From: Rhizophagus irregularis
Lineage: Eukaryota
Direction: 5' to 3'
Length of the DNA stretch: 64,000 nucleotides
Assembly: GCF_026210795.1 (NCBI RefSeq)
Contig: NC_089433.1
Location: forward strand, 2,480,001 to 2,544,000
Made by a program: the position numbers and the translations under genes. Every line of letters begins with the position of its first letter. The first letter of the stretch is position 1. Under the pieces are notes generated by a model, which made no database searches, had not been told where the DNA came from, and saw only the letters and a list, made by a program, of their open reading frames with translations. Shown here piece after piece: positions 37,590 through 51,143 of the stretch.

Positions 37590-40207
37590 CACAGATCGAA
37601 AATTTCGTTATAGTGAACCCTGCCTCCAGTCATTTTTGTTTACTATAACGAATATTTACAAAATCAAAAGTTCTCTTTATAGTAAACTTTATATTAACAC
37701 AAAAAAAAGTTTCTTTTAACGAAAGTTTTTTGAATTTTATTATCAACAATTATGTATTTATATATTTCAAGTATTTAACATAAGTTCATATAACTATCTA
37801 ATGTAAACTGCTTTACATTATCTTGAATTTTTTTGTTAATTTTTGATTTTAAAATATTAAGAAATTTCAATTCTGTGTAATTAATTGTAATATCATTGGA
37901 TGGATTTTTAAAACTATTCAAAGCCTCTTTATTAGTAATAATATTTATTTCAGATTCTTCATCCTCTTCTATATTATTATTTTTAGGATTTGAAATTATC
38001 GCATCTATAATTTCTTTATCTGATAATGATTCTATTGGAATCTCGTCATCAATACAAATAAACTTCTTAGCTGTAATAGGATCTTGTAAATTTAATTCAT
38101 TAATAATGTCTTGTAAAGATGTAGTATGTAATTGATAATTACTACCTTATGTTGTAATAGTAAGGGTTGCAATCTATTACTACTTTTAAATTTAAAGTGT
38201 TGTAATATTACAACACTTATGATTATTCAAAAATTTTCTTTTTGAAAAATAAAAATTATAAAAATAAGTTTTTATAGAATAAATATCATCATAAAAAGAA
38301 ATAATTAATATATTATAATACATATTTGTATAATTAAAAATAATTACAACACTATATAATAATTACAATACTAATAGTATTATAATACTATATAATAATT
38401 ATAATATTGTGTTGCAATTACAACAAAAGTGTTGTATGTATGTTGTAATAGTTGCAACCTTACAACCTTTTAAAAATAATTACATATCACATCTTTAATG
38501 TCTTGTAATTCTAAAGTAATTTCATTGATATCGCTATCAATAGTATTTTGGTCAAAATCGTCTTCTAAATTTGGTAAAATACCCGTTTTTCTCCAGCAAT
38601 TTTTAATTGTACTTGATTTTACTATTTTTTATGCCTCACTTGCAAATGTTGTAAGATTAAGAATATCAATTGGTGTTATATTTGAACTATTTTCTTGAGC
38701 CATATCATATGTCTCCACCCTATTTGCGACTAAAATTTTCTATACTGAGTCTAAAAAATATTTAGATAATAAGATATTAAATTATAACAAATAATATTAA
38801 TAATTGGTATATTTTATTCTTACTTTAAAACTGTTAATAATATCAGCATCTAAAGGTTGTAAGTGAGAAGTTGTATTTGAAGGAAAAAAATGTACTTTAA
38901 TATTCGATAATTGTATAGTTTCATCAATTAAATGTATAGGTGCATTATCTGTTAATAATAAAATATTGCGATTTTATCATCTCATTAATTGATTAAGTTT
39001 ATTAAGATAATCACGCCATACTGATACTTGCATCCAAGCTGTATGGTTCCAATAATACCAAATGGGTAAATCATCCTTTTTAATTCCCTTTAAAATATGC
39101 GGAATCTACCACTTATGTATTATTAATGCAGGTAACTTATGACTACTCTCAGCATTACAGGTTAAAACAATTGTAATCTGATTTTTTGATTTTTAGTGCC
39201 AGAAATATCATGATCTGAAAGTATCTTGGATGGTTCTAAATTTCAAAATAAAGCTAAAAAATACAAAATTATTACAATTAATAATATGATATTTTGTGTA
39301 ACTCCAATTGTTATTTACCTGTTTCATCAACATTATAGACATCATGAAGATCATATTGTTCAATAATTTTTTGCAAAGCCACATGTTCTTCTTCTAATGT
39401 TTCTAATGGTGCACTGTTTGCTTCACCAGCTTTAATAAATTGTCTTATATTATAATGCTTTTTAAACTTTGATAACTACCTATCTGAAGTAGTGAAAGTT
39501 GTTGTTTGTAATTAAGTTGCAAAATTTAAAGCTTTAGCCTTTAATATGTCACCTGTAATTGTTAAATTTGAAGCTAATACTTGCTGCATCCATAAATATA
39601 ATGCAGATTCAATTTCTGGAAATTTTGCACCTCTATCCTTTTTTTGATTACTTAATTTTTTATTTGCAATATCAATATACAGCCATTTTTCCTTTTCTTT
39701 TAGTATTCTAGAAACTTGTGGGTTTGATATATCATATTTTTTAGCAAGATCATTTTGATTATATGATGGATTATCCCTTTTTCACTCACATAATTCTTTT
39801 TTTTGCACAAACGACAAACTTTTTCTTTTATTAGCTTTTTTTACTTCTTTTCTTTTGTCTTTTCCAACGGGTGGCATTTTCAAGAACAACGAAAAAAAGT
39901 TGTATCACAATAATAGGCGTTTATCATTAAAAAAAAAGGAAATTAAACTAACTACATGCATATGTTTAAAAATGATTTGTAAATGCAAATCTAATGATTT
40001 CACGTAATATTTACTATAACAAGAATATATTTATAATATACGTTCTATAGTAAAATTCTAAAAAAGTTTACTATATCTAATATCGAGATTTTATTAGTAA
40101 GTTTACTATAACGAACAAGATTTATTAGTAAGTGAACTGGGAAATTAAAAAAGTTTATTATAAGCCAAATTTACTATAACGAGCTTTACTATAATGAGCG
40201 TTGACTA
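37590..40207 (-). mobile_element. pogo/Tigger-type transposon with pseudogenised CENP-B-like transposase (ATG at 39877)
   Basis: HTH segment QNDLAKKYDISNPQVSRILKEK, then FPEIESALYLW, VYNVDETG, ITIVLTCNA, AWMQ, LLLTDNAPIH and FPSNTTSHLQPLD. End at 40207 with ttactataa repeats; the other end is degenerate. Many stops. Confidence 0.88.
38161..38462. mobile_element. hAT-like MITE inside the pogo element (ends uncertain)
   Basis: taagggttgcaa ... ttgcaacctta with ttacaacac repeats. No TSD directly adjacent, but ataattac is duplicated at 38135-38142 and 38476-38483. Confidence 0.45.
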
Positions 40208-41344
40208 TAGCTAGTTAAATTATATAAAGTAATGGTTAATTAAAAAAATTTTAACCAGATACTTATTTTTTATTAATACAATTAGATTTACTATTATCAG
40301 ATATAAACATTATTTTTAATAAAACTTTTATCTAATTTAGTAAATATATATAGCCAAATTTTTAATTTATAATAATAGGATTCTGCCAATTACTAATAAA
40401 TATCACTTAAAAAATTTTAATTTTTATATAAAACTTTACAACTTTACTTTAAGATTTACTTAAATTCTATTAGTTAATTAGCTAAAAAAGAAAAAAATAT
40501 AATAATCTTAGTTCTATAATAATTTAACTAATATTAGTATTAGAAATACAATAAGATTTTTCTTATTAAAATGAATCTAATGATATAAAATTTATTAAAA
40601 TCTAATCAGTAAGTTATTTAAAAATAGAAGTATATAAAATAAGAAAATTTGAAAAATACTTTTAAAATAAGCAATTTTTTGTAAATTTTATATAATCAAT
40701 AAGCAACTTTTATATAGAATTTTTTATATATCTGTACAGATTATGGATTGTGAATATTCATTTTGTTATTTTAGTATTTATGGATAAATAATTTAATATG
40801 AATAATTTTTGAATAATCTGCAGATAATTTTTATATTCACAGATATACAGATAACCCTTATATTTACAGATAATCCTATAAAATAACTTTAAAATTATAT
40901 ATAAAATTCATTATGCCAATGGTTTATTTTATTTTATTAATTATTAACATTGTAATATTATTTAAAATACAAATTAAAAAAGTTGAACATATGAAAAAAC
41001 AACTTTTCTTTAGAAATTGAGATTATTGTAATACCTTGATTTAGTTTAGAAGTTTGGATTTTGGAAACAAATTTGAGTATTAAAATATCAAATAAGGTGA
41101 GAAAATGAAAAACTAAACTTTATTTAAAATAAAAACAAAGACAATGAAAAAATTTAAAAAAATATAATATTCTCTTACTTTAGTAATATGTAAATTAGCA
41201 AAAAAAAATATACAAAATAATAAATAGTTAGGTTTATTAGAAAAAGAATTAATACTATTTTTAACTGCTAAGTTATTTGAAAAAATATAATTTTAAAATA
41301 AACATATATAAAAACAAACTTTTTGTTTATAATATATATAAAAA

Positions 41345-42871
41345 TTATTCTTCAACTAAATTAATATTTTTATTTGAAATTAATTTTAAACATTTAATAA
41401 TACCATTACTAAATTCTTTTACTTTCTCATTAGAAATAGCACCTTTTTGATAAGTAATACTAATATTTAACTTGTTACTATAACTAATACTATTAACATT
41501 TATAGCGGCACCAACAACTTGAGCAGATTGAGAAATAAACATATCTATAATTTTCCAATTGCAAGTATTGGTATTTTCATTGTAATATTTTCCCCAATTG
41601 CTTAATTCAAAAGAATAACCTCTACCCATGGGTAATCCAATCATTTTTTGTTTAAAAAAATCTTCCCAGGATTTATTATCTTTTGAAAGATAATCTAACA
41701 TACCAACATGTTGTATTGACGATGGTATATCATTTTCTAACTGAGATTTATATTGACGGCATAACTCCCAAAAGTAAATGTTATCAAAATTTGATCTATT
41801 AACGGGAACTTTGTAATCAAATAAAAATTCTGTTACATAATTTCCCATATCATCACTTGAAATTGGAGGTGTGGCATAAGGTCTAAGCGTGAATGGAGAA
41901 GTTATTCTAATAGATTTATTACTATTATTAAGATAGTGAGATGAGGAAAATAAAATTGCGGTATGTAAAACAGCTTGAATAGTTGTTTGATTTTGTCTTG
42001 TAATTAAAATCAAATTTTCAAATTCATCTTTTTCAAGTGAATACAACAGAACTTTTGTGTGGTAATCTAAAAGATCTTTTGAGTGCGTATCACCAGCCCA
42101 ATAATTTGGTAACAAGGATTTTTTGAGAATTGATGGTAATAAAAGCTCAATGAATGCTTCTTTTAATAAATGAGGAATAGTTGGTTTAACATTGATTCTT
42201 TTTTCGAGTGGTTCACAAATCTGATGTGTATCAGGAATGGAAATGATATATTTCGAAAAAGGATTTATCGGTTCTATGAAAGAATTGTTTTTTTCTTGCA
42301 ATGTAGAATTTACAGATTCTATAAATGTGTTGTGAATAGCATAAGCACTTTTTCCATCTCCAATACAATGATGCCAACAAAACATTACGCATAAATCGTA
42401 ATCAGGTCGCGTTTGCGTATTTCCATCCGAATTCGTTGCTATCCCGATAGTCATTCGCCAAAGTGGTTTTGTTTCATCATCTTGATCAAGAGCAATATCA
42501 TGTTCTTGTTCAAAAGCATTTACTAAATCTTTTTCATCATTAGAAATTACAACAAATTTAATTAAATTAGACAAATCAATTTGAGAGAGAAGAATAAATA
42601 ATGGCTGTGGAGATCTAGTATCTTTAAGGGAAATCGAAAGGGAAGGTTGTTTTAGTATTAATTTTTTCAGTGACGGGTAGAGAATTTGTAAAATGAATTC
42701 CTTAGCTTCGTTAATTATATTATTTGTAATTGGGTCAATTATGGGATTTAATTTGTATAATTCATCCCATTGATATCTTATAGAAAATAAAATATTATTA
42801 TAAAAGTTTACATTTTGTCTTGTAATATAATATCGTTCAAGATTACCGACTGGACGAAGTATTTTTGTCAT
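41345..42871 (-). CDS. Alcohol acetyltransferase family (Atf1/Sli1-like, CoA-dependent acyltransferase), intronless
   Basis: 508-aa ORF. N-terminal LRPVGNLERY, PLWR motif, catalytic HxxxDG (HHCIGDG), C-terminal FELSNWG. Confidence 0.88.
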   Translation of the reverse strand: MTKILRPVGNLERYYITRQNVNFYNNILFSIRYQWDELYKLNPIIDPITNNIINEAKEFILQILYPSLKKLILKQPSLSISLKDTRSPQPLFILLSQIDLSNLIKFVVISNDEKDLVNAFEQEHDIALDQDDETKPLWRMTIGIATNSDGNTQTRPDYDLCVMFCWHHCIGDGKSAYAIHNTFIESVNSTLQEKNNSFIEPINPFSKYIISIPDTHQICEPLEKRINVKPTIPHLLKEAFIELLLPSILKKSLLPNYWAGDTHSKDLLDYHTKVLLYSLEKDEFENLILITRQNQTTIQAVLHTAILFSSSHYLNNSNKSIRITSPFTLRPYATPPISSDDMGNYVTEFLFDYKVPVNRSNFDNIYFWELCRQYKSQLENDIPSSIQHVGMLDYLSKDNKSWEDFFKQKMIGLPMGRGYSFELSNWGKYYNENTNTCNWKIIDMFISQSAQVVGAAINVNSISYSNKLNISITYQKGAISNEKVKEFSNGIIKCLKLISNKNINLVEE

Positions 42872-43081
42872 TAATAAAAAGGACGAATATCTTTTGTTTT
42901 CGCAGTGTTATGTCATCAAATTATGTTGTCCTACATTTCAATTATTGCAAGGCGTGGCAAAGATTCATTGGTTCTTATTTGTTATTAGTTATGTCCAAAG
43001 TATATAAAGGTCTTTTTATTTTATTTCGAATATAACTTTTTTTTTTTATTTTTTAAACTTTTTCTTTCAGAATAAATAAAA

Positions 43082-43443
43082 ATGTCTGACCAGATTAAAG
43101 AATTCATTGAAATGCCGAAACAGTTTATGAAAGAAGGCTCGCAGTTTGTAAATCGGTGTACGAAGCCTGACAGAAAAGGTAAGAGTCTGGTTTTCTTTAG
43201 TTGGAAGAGCTATTCAAAATTTAATGTATTTAAATTGTTAATTTTGGTTTGTAGAATTTATTAAAATCTCACAGGCTGTTGCTATGGGATTTTTCGTCAT
43301 GGGATTCATTGGTTTCTTTGTTAAGTTAATTCATATTCCAATTAACAACATCCTTGTGTATGTATAAAATATCTAAAATTCTTAATAATAATAATCAACA
43401 TAATTAACCCTTACTTTTTAATTTTCTTAGCGGTGGTGCTTAA
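43082..43443 (+). CDS. SSS1: Sec61 translocon gamma subunit, 3 exons
   Basis: Exons 43082-43178, 43255-43357, 43431-43443. [49 protein letters not shown]. Confidence 0.96.
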
Positions 43444-44121
43444 GCATCTAGGCGTATTTTTATATCAGAGATTAATAGAAAACAATAGATTATTCAGTTT
43501 TTTTGCATATTTAAATTTATAATTTTTTTTTTGTTTTTTTTTGGGTGAAGAATCAGATAGCCAGTTCTTTATATACATTAACTACTATATATTTTAATAC
43601 AAATTAATTTTATTACAACATTATTTTTAAAAAACGGACTTTTTTTTAAAAAAAAATGACATTCTTAAAGAATGCAATAAAAAAATCCTTTCGATGACTA
43701 TCTCTTACAAAACTATTATTATTATTATTAAAATCTTTTATGATTCAATTAGAATTTTTTTGTTTGATGAAAAAAAATTAACAGTGATAATATGCTTTTT
43801 TCTCTATGAAAATTACAGTGCAAAATAAAAGTTTCAATTATAGAATACTTGAAATTACCCTTTCCAATATTTTAATCAATTCTTATTTCTTTCTTTATAC
43901 CACTATAAAATTATAAATCAACAAATTATGCTTTACTCAATATTAACATGAAATTCAAATATTTTCCAATTTATATAAAATGAAGGTTGAACGTTTCCAT
44001 CATATTGAAATGAGCTTATGTTTAAAAGCATATTAATATACAAGTAAAAAAAGACATTTCAATAAAGAGAAAAACCCCTTATCCTCTACCCTACTTAATT
44101 ATATCCTGAAATTCCTCCATT

Positions 44122-44397
44122 TTAATTTTTCTCTTCTACTACTAAACGGTCAACAGAATAGAGACTATTCAAATAACCTTGGCGTTTTAATACACCTAAT
44201 TCACGTTCAGCTTTTCCTACAAGTTGTATAATTTTATCGGAATCTGTTTCATTCTTATTAACATGATAAGAATCTCTTATTCTACGATATGCATAATCTC
44301 TAAAATTATAACTAGAAAATTTTTGACTCGCTCTAAGAAGTGAACGATAAAGATGAAGAATGTATGTCCGATTTGGTAATGCTTGTTTTGTTGCCAT
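44122..44397 (-). CDS. ISD11: LYR-motif protein Isd11/LYRM4 (Fe-S cluster assembly)
   Basis: LHLYRSLLRASQKFSSYNFRDYAYRRIRDSY...LKRQ...LY..DRLVVE. Confidence 0.93.
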   Translation of the reverse strand: MATKQALPNRTYILHLYRSLLRASQKFSSYNFRDYAYRRIRDSYHVNKNETDSDKIIQLVGKAERELGVLKRQGYLNSLYSVDRLVVEEKN

Positions 44398-44617
44398 AAT
44401 ATTCTTTTTAAAAATTATTTAGGTTTAGATAATTTTTCTTATCTGGAAAGTAAAAGTAAAAGTAATTACGAGATTTTATCTGTTACTCGCGATCGAATCA
44501 GATCTTATTTTATTGGCTAGAAATTTATATCACGTGAAACAATTTTTTTTTAAAAATTTAATTTACAAAAACTATTCGTTCTTCCTTTTAGTTTTTGGAC
44601 TCAAAAAGCAGTAAACA

Positions 44618-45712
44618 ATGGTAAGTGAATTTATACTTTGCGAGAAATTTATCAAAGGAATTAGGCTTCTAGGGTGCTTGTGCATTTTATATATCATGGA
44701 GGGTTAGTTTTTTCTTATTGTTTGGGGCAATAAATTTTAAAGAGGTTAAGAAAGAAACTAGAGAATCTCAATATCCATCTGTTATATCTATCAGTCGAAA
44801 GTGATTACATAATGGATTGGGTAGTGATATTTATTGAATGATCCATGCATACATCGATTCAATTAATTTATCGGATTCAATTAATTTATCGTAATTGATG
44901 ATTATTATTTTTTTTTAATTTTGAATATTTCTTTTATGCATTTGTTAAATAGGGTCGTGTCCGAACAAAGACAGTAAAAAAGGTGAGCTCTAGGTTAATA
45001 TTCCGTGTTTCTGTTTGTATAAGTAAGCTCAAAGTAATGATTTTATTATTTAGGCGTCCAAGCTCATCATTGAGAAATATTATTCACGCCTAACTCTCGA
45101 CTTCCAAACCAACAAAAAGGTATACTTTTTTTATGATTTTGGGTACTTAATGCGGTTATATTAATTAATATTTATTAAATTGAATTACGGTAGATTTGTG
45201 ATGAAGTCGCGATTATTGCGTAAGCACATACTTTAAATTATGATACTTTTGAGAATCTCTCAGTGTTAAAATCTTTCTTATTGTTATAGATCCAAGAGAC
45301 TTCGTAATAAAATAGCAGGTTTCACTACGCATTTAATGAAACGTATTCAACGTGGACCTGTGCGTGGTATTTCTTTCAAATTACAAGAGGAGGAACGCGA
45401 GAGAAAAGATAATTATGTTCCTGAAGTATCTGCTTTATCTGTCGAAACTATTGAAATTGATCCTGATACCAAGGTACATAACTTTTTCGAAAAAAAAATG
45501 CATATTCATTATATTTTGAAAAGCAATAGCTAATTAATTTAAACTTATAGGATCTTCTTAAAGCTATGAATTTTGATAACTTGAGCGGCGTTACTGTTAC
45601 AGCTCCAGTTGCTTTGAATGCACTTGCTGAACGTCCAGGGCGTGGTCAAAGAGGTGGCCGAGGTGGTGGCGGCGGCGGCGATCGCCCACCTCGTCAACAA
45701 GCTGAATCTTAA
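44618..45712 (+). CDS. RPS17: 40S ribosomal protein S17 (eS17), 6 exons
   Basis: Exons 44618-44620, 44953-44982, 45054-45119, 45194-45219, 45290-45473, 45551-45712. [21 protein letters not shown]...[40 protein letters not shown]. Confidence 0.97.
44700..44856 (+). ncRNA. Candidate structured intronic RNA (possible H/ACA snoRNA) in RPS17 intron 1
   Basis: Stem tagttttttctta / taagaaagaaacta, AGAGAA (ANANNA) at 44760-44765, stem atggat/atccat, then ACA at 44851-44853. Pattern only; not folded computationally. Confidence 0.3.
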
Positions 45713-46294
45713 TTAATAAAATTTTATATTTATAATTTTTTAATGAATAGGATGACTCTTTTTTTGTTATGACTTTTACTTAGTAAAGTTATTTGAAATC
45801 ATAAGTTTATAATTTTAATATTAAAAAATTTTGAGCATGTATTATAATTTTATAAACAAACTAAAATCAATTTATTGTATGTAAATAAATGCTCATATGA
45901 ACTTCGCTTAGATTTATAAGATTTATAGTTCGTTTAATTGAAGTCGTTAAAATACACCAGTCAATAACCCTGAAAGTGAATATTTTGGAGAGATTAAAAT
46001 GCTAGATTCCCCAAGATTTTTATTGTACAATGTTATCATTATCCAATGACAATAATAGAATTAAAGAATTTTTTATTTATTCAATAATATTAGCGCTAAA
46101 CTACGGAAAGGCAACTTATGAAGTAACTAGACCATGGTTATTTATTGTAATCTTTTTTTAGTTTTTACATGAATAATCTGCTATTAAAAAGATATATCTC
46201 TCTAGCAAAGCAGACAATCAAGCTAATGTAACCAAATATTTTTATATACAAAACAAATATATGAAAGGATTTTTTCATTTGTAAAAAGGTTCGT

Positions 46295-47148
<854 letters not shown>

Positions 47149-48190
47149 GTTTGAAATTAAATTTTTGAGAAGGTAGGAAAGGTTTGTGGTAGAAAAAAAG
47201 AAAAAAATAGCAAAAATAAATCATTTATAATCAAAATTTGTGCGCGTGATCATGAGAATGACGTCACAAACAAAAACGAAATATAAGAATTTCGCGCAGC
47301 ATTTATCTTAGGAAGCACTTTTAAATGTATGTATTTTAAAATATAACAGTACTTAAAAAAATACGAACATTTATTGGGCACAACAGATAAGTTTATTTAA
47401 ACCTATGTCACTAGAACTCAGAATTACAATATAAACGGAACACTTGGAAATTTTGTTGCCAATAAACATAACACGTGATAAAACCATTTTCCTTCGCATA
47501 ATGCCTAAATCCGACATTTTCGTTGGTTAATATTCTCTAACTATTTTATAATTATACGTGTAACATGTCACTCACATCCAGTCGGTCGGTTGCGATGGTT
47601 GTTTTGCATATGACCGAAAATGCAACCTTGAATAATTTATTTAAGCTCTGAAATTTGTATCATACCTGGGTAGTCTGATCTTGCTGACGGGAATGTAACC
47701 TGTTCAGCGATCCGATTTTGCGTTCTATAAAAAAGTAGGGTTTTTAGACACATGCTTGGATTTGCCCATAAATTAAAAAATAATACCTGCTGGCAACTTA
47801 AGCTTCCTTCACTTGTCCCTTTAATCAAAGTATTCGAATTGCGCCTTGAAAATAAAACAGAACGCGTTAATAATATACAAATATTTTTATACTCTGAAAA
47901 ACTTTAAAACTTTATTTAACAGTTAAGCTTCTTTGGTTGTTTTCTTTAACCAAAGTATTCAAAGTATGCCTACGCGTCAAAAACATGAAATTATTTAATA
48001 TCCACAATTTTGATTGGTTTATCATCATTAGTCCGCACAATCTCCTAGGTTAACATTCCAGAAGATATTGTGTCACGGTTAATTCACGTGAACTTCTCCT
48101 TTTTTTTCCATTTTGTTAAACTTGTTTGAAAGCAAGATACAAGACATTCAAAAGTCAGAACCAAAAGTTTTTGTAATTTGTTCCTTCGAA

Positions 48191-51143
48191 ATGTCTCAAA
48201 ATCCGATTCAAAATAATTTACCTCCAACACAACCTCCAAATATAGCCAGACAAAATTTTAATAATGCAAGCCAAAACTTGATGGGAAGGACTCCCATTAA
48301 TAACTTAGACGGTAGATCTGTGTACAGACAAAACCCATACACAAATATGAATATAAATCATTCTCAAGCTGGAGGCTTAGATCCTACAATCCCACAAATA
48401 CCAGATACAAATACTGGGCTTCAAGGCATGCTTACTCCAAATTATACAGCCATGCAACAAATGCAACAAGAAAGGTTAGCCGTACAAAGACCTGCTTCAT
48501 TGATCCACTTAGAAAAATCTGCAGAAAATATAAATTCACAGGCTGAAGTACCCACAAATAATACAACTTTACAAGTCCGTCCTGCTATAAATAACTTGAA
48601 TATTCAAAGTAACAATCAGCCTGCAAATAATCTAATTGCTCAAGCAGGTCAGTCTGTAAACTTAAATATTAAAACAGAAGCCGATACCGTTCCAAATAAT
48701 ATGACAAGTATGGAAAATCAAAGTGTAACGTTAAATAATCCACAAAGTAGTCAACCATCGATGATAAATTCAATTTACTCGAGCGGGTCTGCGTGGGCAT
48801 CTCGGTCAATAAACCCAAATCAGTTCACTTCTGATTTTCCCAAGTATTTTAAGTCTCCTGCAGATGAAGCGAGAAATAAGTCAATTCAAGACAAAGAGTA
48901 TGAAGCCAAGCATCCAGTGCCAAGAGGTATACCTCGCAAACCACTTGACTCTTCTAAAAGACCTGCTTATAGACCTCTGCCTAAAAGGCCAGTTAAACCT
49001 CAAATAGAGAAAAAACTTGTCAAAGAATTTATCATAACCGGTTCGATGATAAATGCAGCTAAGAAAGTAAATCTTATGAGGTTACATCGAGGAAATAATG
49101 TCTTAGACAAATTTCAAGCTCCAGTAAAACTTCATCGGCGTGATCCCGAAGCGCCTTCCTCAGGAACTGGAAATACTCGTCAAAATGAGATAGTTATTGC
49201 GCCAACATTAAAAACGACACAACAGCATACAGGTCCTACTACTGGTGCAGATACCTCTAAGATTGCACCATTTGCTGGTGCTAGACATAATAAAAAAAAT
49301 TTATTCAAGAAAAGAACCACGCAAATCTATTTGGCTGATGATAGACAAAGACAGTTAAAAGCTGAAGAACGACTGCCGTGGGTTTTAGAAGATTATGATG
49401 GTACAAATACTTGGGTTGGCCACTTTGAAGAAACTGATGCCAAATACGGATTCTTGATAAAGGATAAACAAGATGTAATTATTTTAACTTTTATTAATTT
49501 TATTTGTTATCAAGATTAATATAAATTTTATGTTAGGAGAATAAACTTAGATTCCTTCCATCACATCGGTGGTACGCATTCCGCCCACAAATTAAGTATA
49601 AGACTCTTACGATTGAGGAAGCAGAAGAAGAGGTTATATATTATTCATTTATAAAATCTATTTATATAAAATTTTTTGCTAAAAATTAAACATGAAAATT
49701 TCATAGATGGCAAGAGCTAAAAAGAGAGATAATGATCGCTGGATGATGCGCAGATGGGGTAAACAAAATGACAATGAGAAAAAAATAGCAGATGAAGAAG
49801 GTGGTATTGTTGAACTAAAATCAGTCATGAAGACTGTTGAAAACGAAGAAGATTTATTTGGTTCTGATGATGAAGGTTTAAGAAGACCGAGAAGAGGAAT
49901 TGAAAGCGATGAAGAGATGGAATTTGAGCAAGTATTTGAAGATGACGAAGAGGAATTGCCTGATGATGCTAATCCTATTGATGAAGAAAACGCTGAAGTT
50001 GTTAAATTAAAGAAAAAAGCCATTCACAAACCCACATCTCTTGAAGGAGAAGATGAGAATGAAGATTCTTTTAAATTAACTCAGGAGGGAATGCAATTAA
50101 AGAAGTTAGTAAGAAAATTTGATGACAATGAAGCTTATGACGACAGTGATCAAGAATCGAATCCTTACGCGAGTGAAATTGAGGAATCTGAAGAAGAATT
50201 AAGTTCAGAATCCCCTGCAATAACACCAATTATTGGAGCTGCTGGTACTAAACCTTCTCCTGCAGGTAAAGCACCTACTAAGCCAAAAACGTCCACAAAA
50301 GGTAAAACACCCGCGAAATCTACTGCTGAAAAACCAAAAGGAAAGATTGCTACAGCGTCCAAAACAAAATCAACAGCTGCTAAACCAATCAAAAGTCTCT
50401 CTAATTTGTCGGCTAGTGAAGAAGTACCTGTGAAACAAAAATTGAAAGGTAGTGATATACCTGCTGCGAAAGTCCCATCAAAATCACATGTTAAAAATAT
50501 GACTGCAATTCCAATGTCATCTACTCCCGAAGACTCAACGAAAAAGCCATCCTCAAAACCTAAAAGTGTGAAAAGTGTTTCACCTACATCATCAAAAACT
50601 TCCGCGTCTCAATCACAAATTGCTCTCAAAAAGCAAAAACCTGCTACTACTGTTCGACAGCCTGTCTCAGAGATGGCAACCTCTTTTGGAAAGAAATCGT
50701 CCGCACACGATTCTTTTGTATCTGATGATGATAAATCCATTAAACGGACTAAGCAAAGTGAAACTTCAACAGCTACTGCAAGTATTAATCGCTCAGCAAA
50801 TGCAAATATTTCATCTACTGTTCGCACATCTAATGGCGGGGTTGTTAAGCGTGTTCGTGAAGGAGAAGATTCTACGTCTTTCACAGGCAAGAAAGTTCGA
50901 ACTGATAAAGTTTCTGGTCCTCAGACATCAACAGCTACTCAAGGTACCGACTCCTCAAACTCCCGATTAATCTTGGAGAGAGAAGTTCGGCAAATAATCA
51001 ACAAGAATAGTGAGCTTACAGTGACTACAATTATTAAAGCATTTCGTAAGCGAATCCACGAGGATGCGCGCAATAAAGAGCGCCTTCTTGAGATAACTAA
51101 GAACATTGCTGTCCTTAAGAATGGCTATCTAGTTTTGAAATAA
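48191..51143 (+). CDS. TFG1: TFIIF large subunit (Tfg1/RAP74), about 938 aa, 3 exons
   Basis: Exons 48191-49474, 49537-49632, 49707-51143. APVKLHRRDP, DTSKIAPF, FKKRTTQIY, EERLPWVLEDYDG, RWYAFRPQIKYKTLTIEEAE, acidic region, C-terminal winged-helix-like end. Confidence 0.9.

Noticed and set aside
48113..48190. TTG-initiated extension of TFG1
   Set aside because: The eukaryotic start is more plausibly the ATG at 48191.
49679..50970. Antisense and alternate-frame ORFs over TFG1 (similar ones overlap the homeobox and LINE ORFs)
   Set aside because: Shadow ORFs of low-complexity coding sequence.
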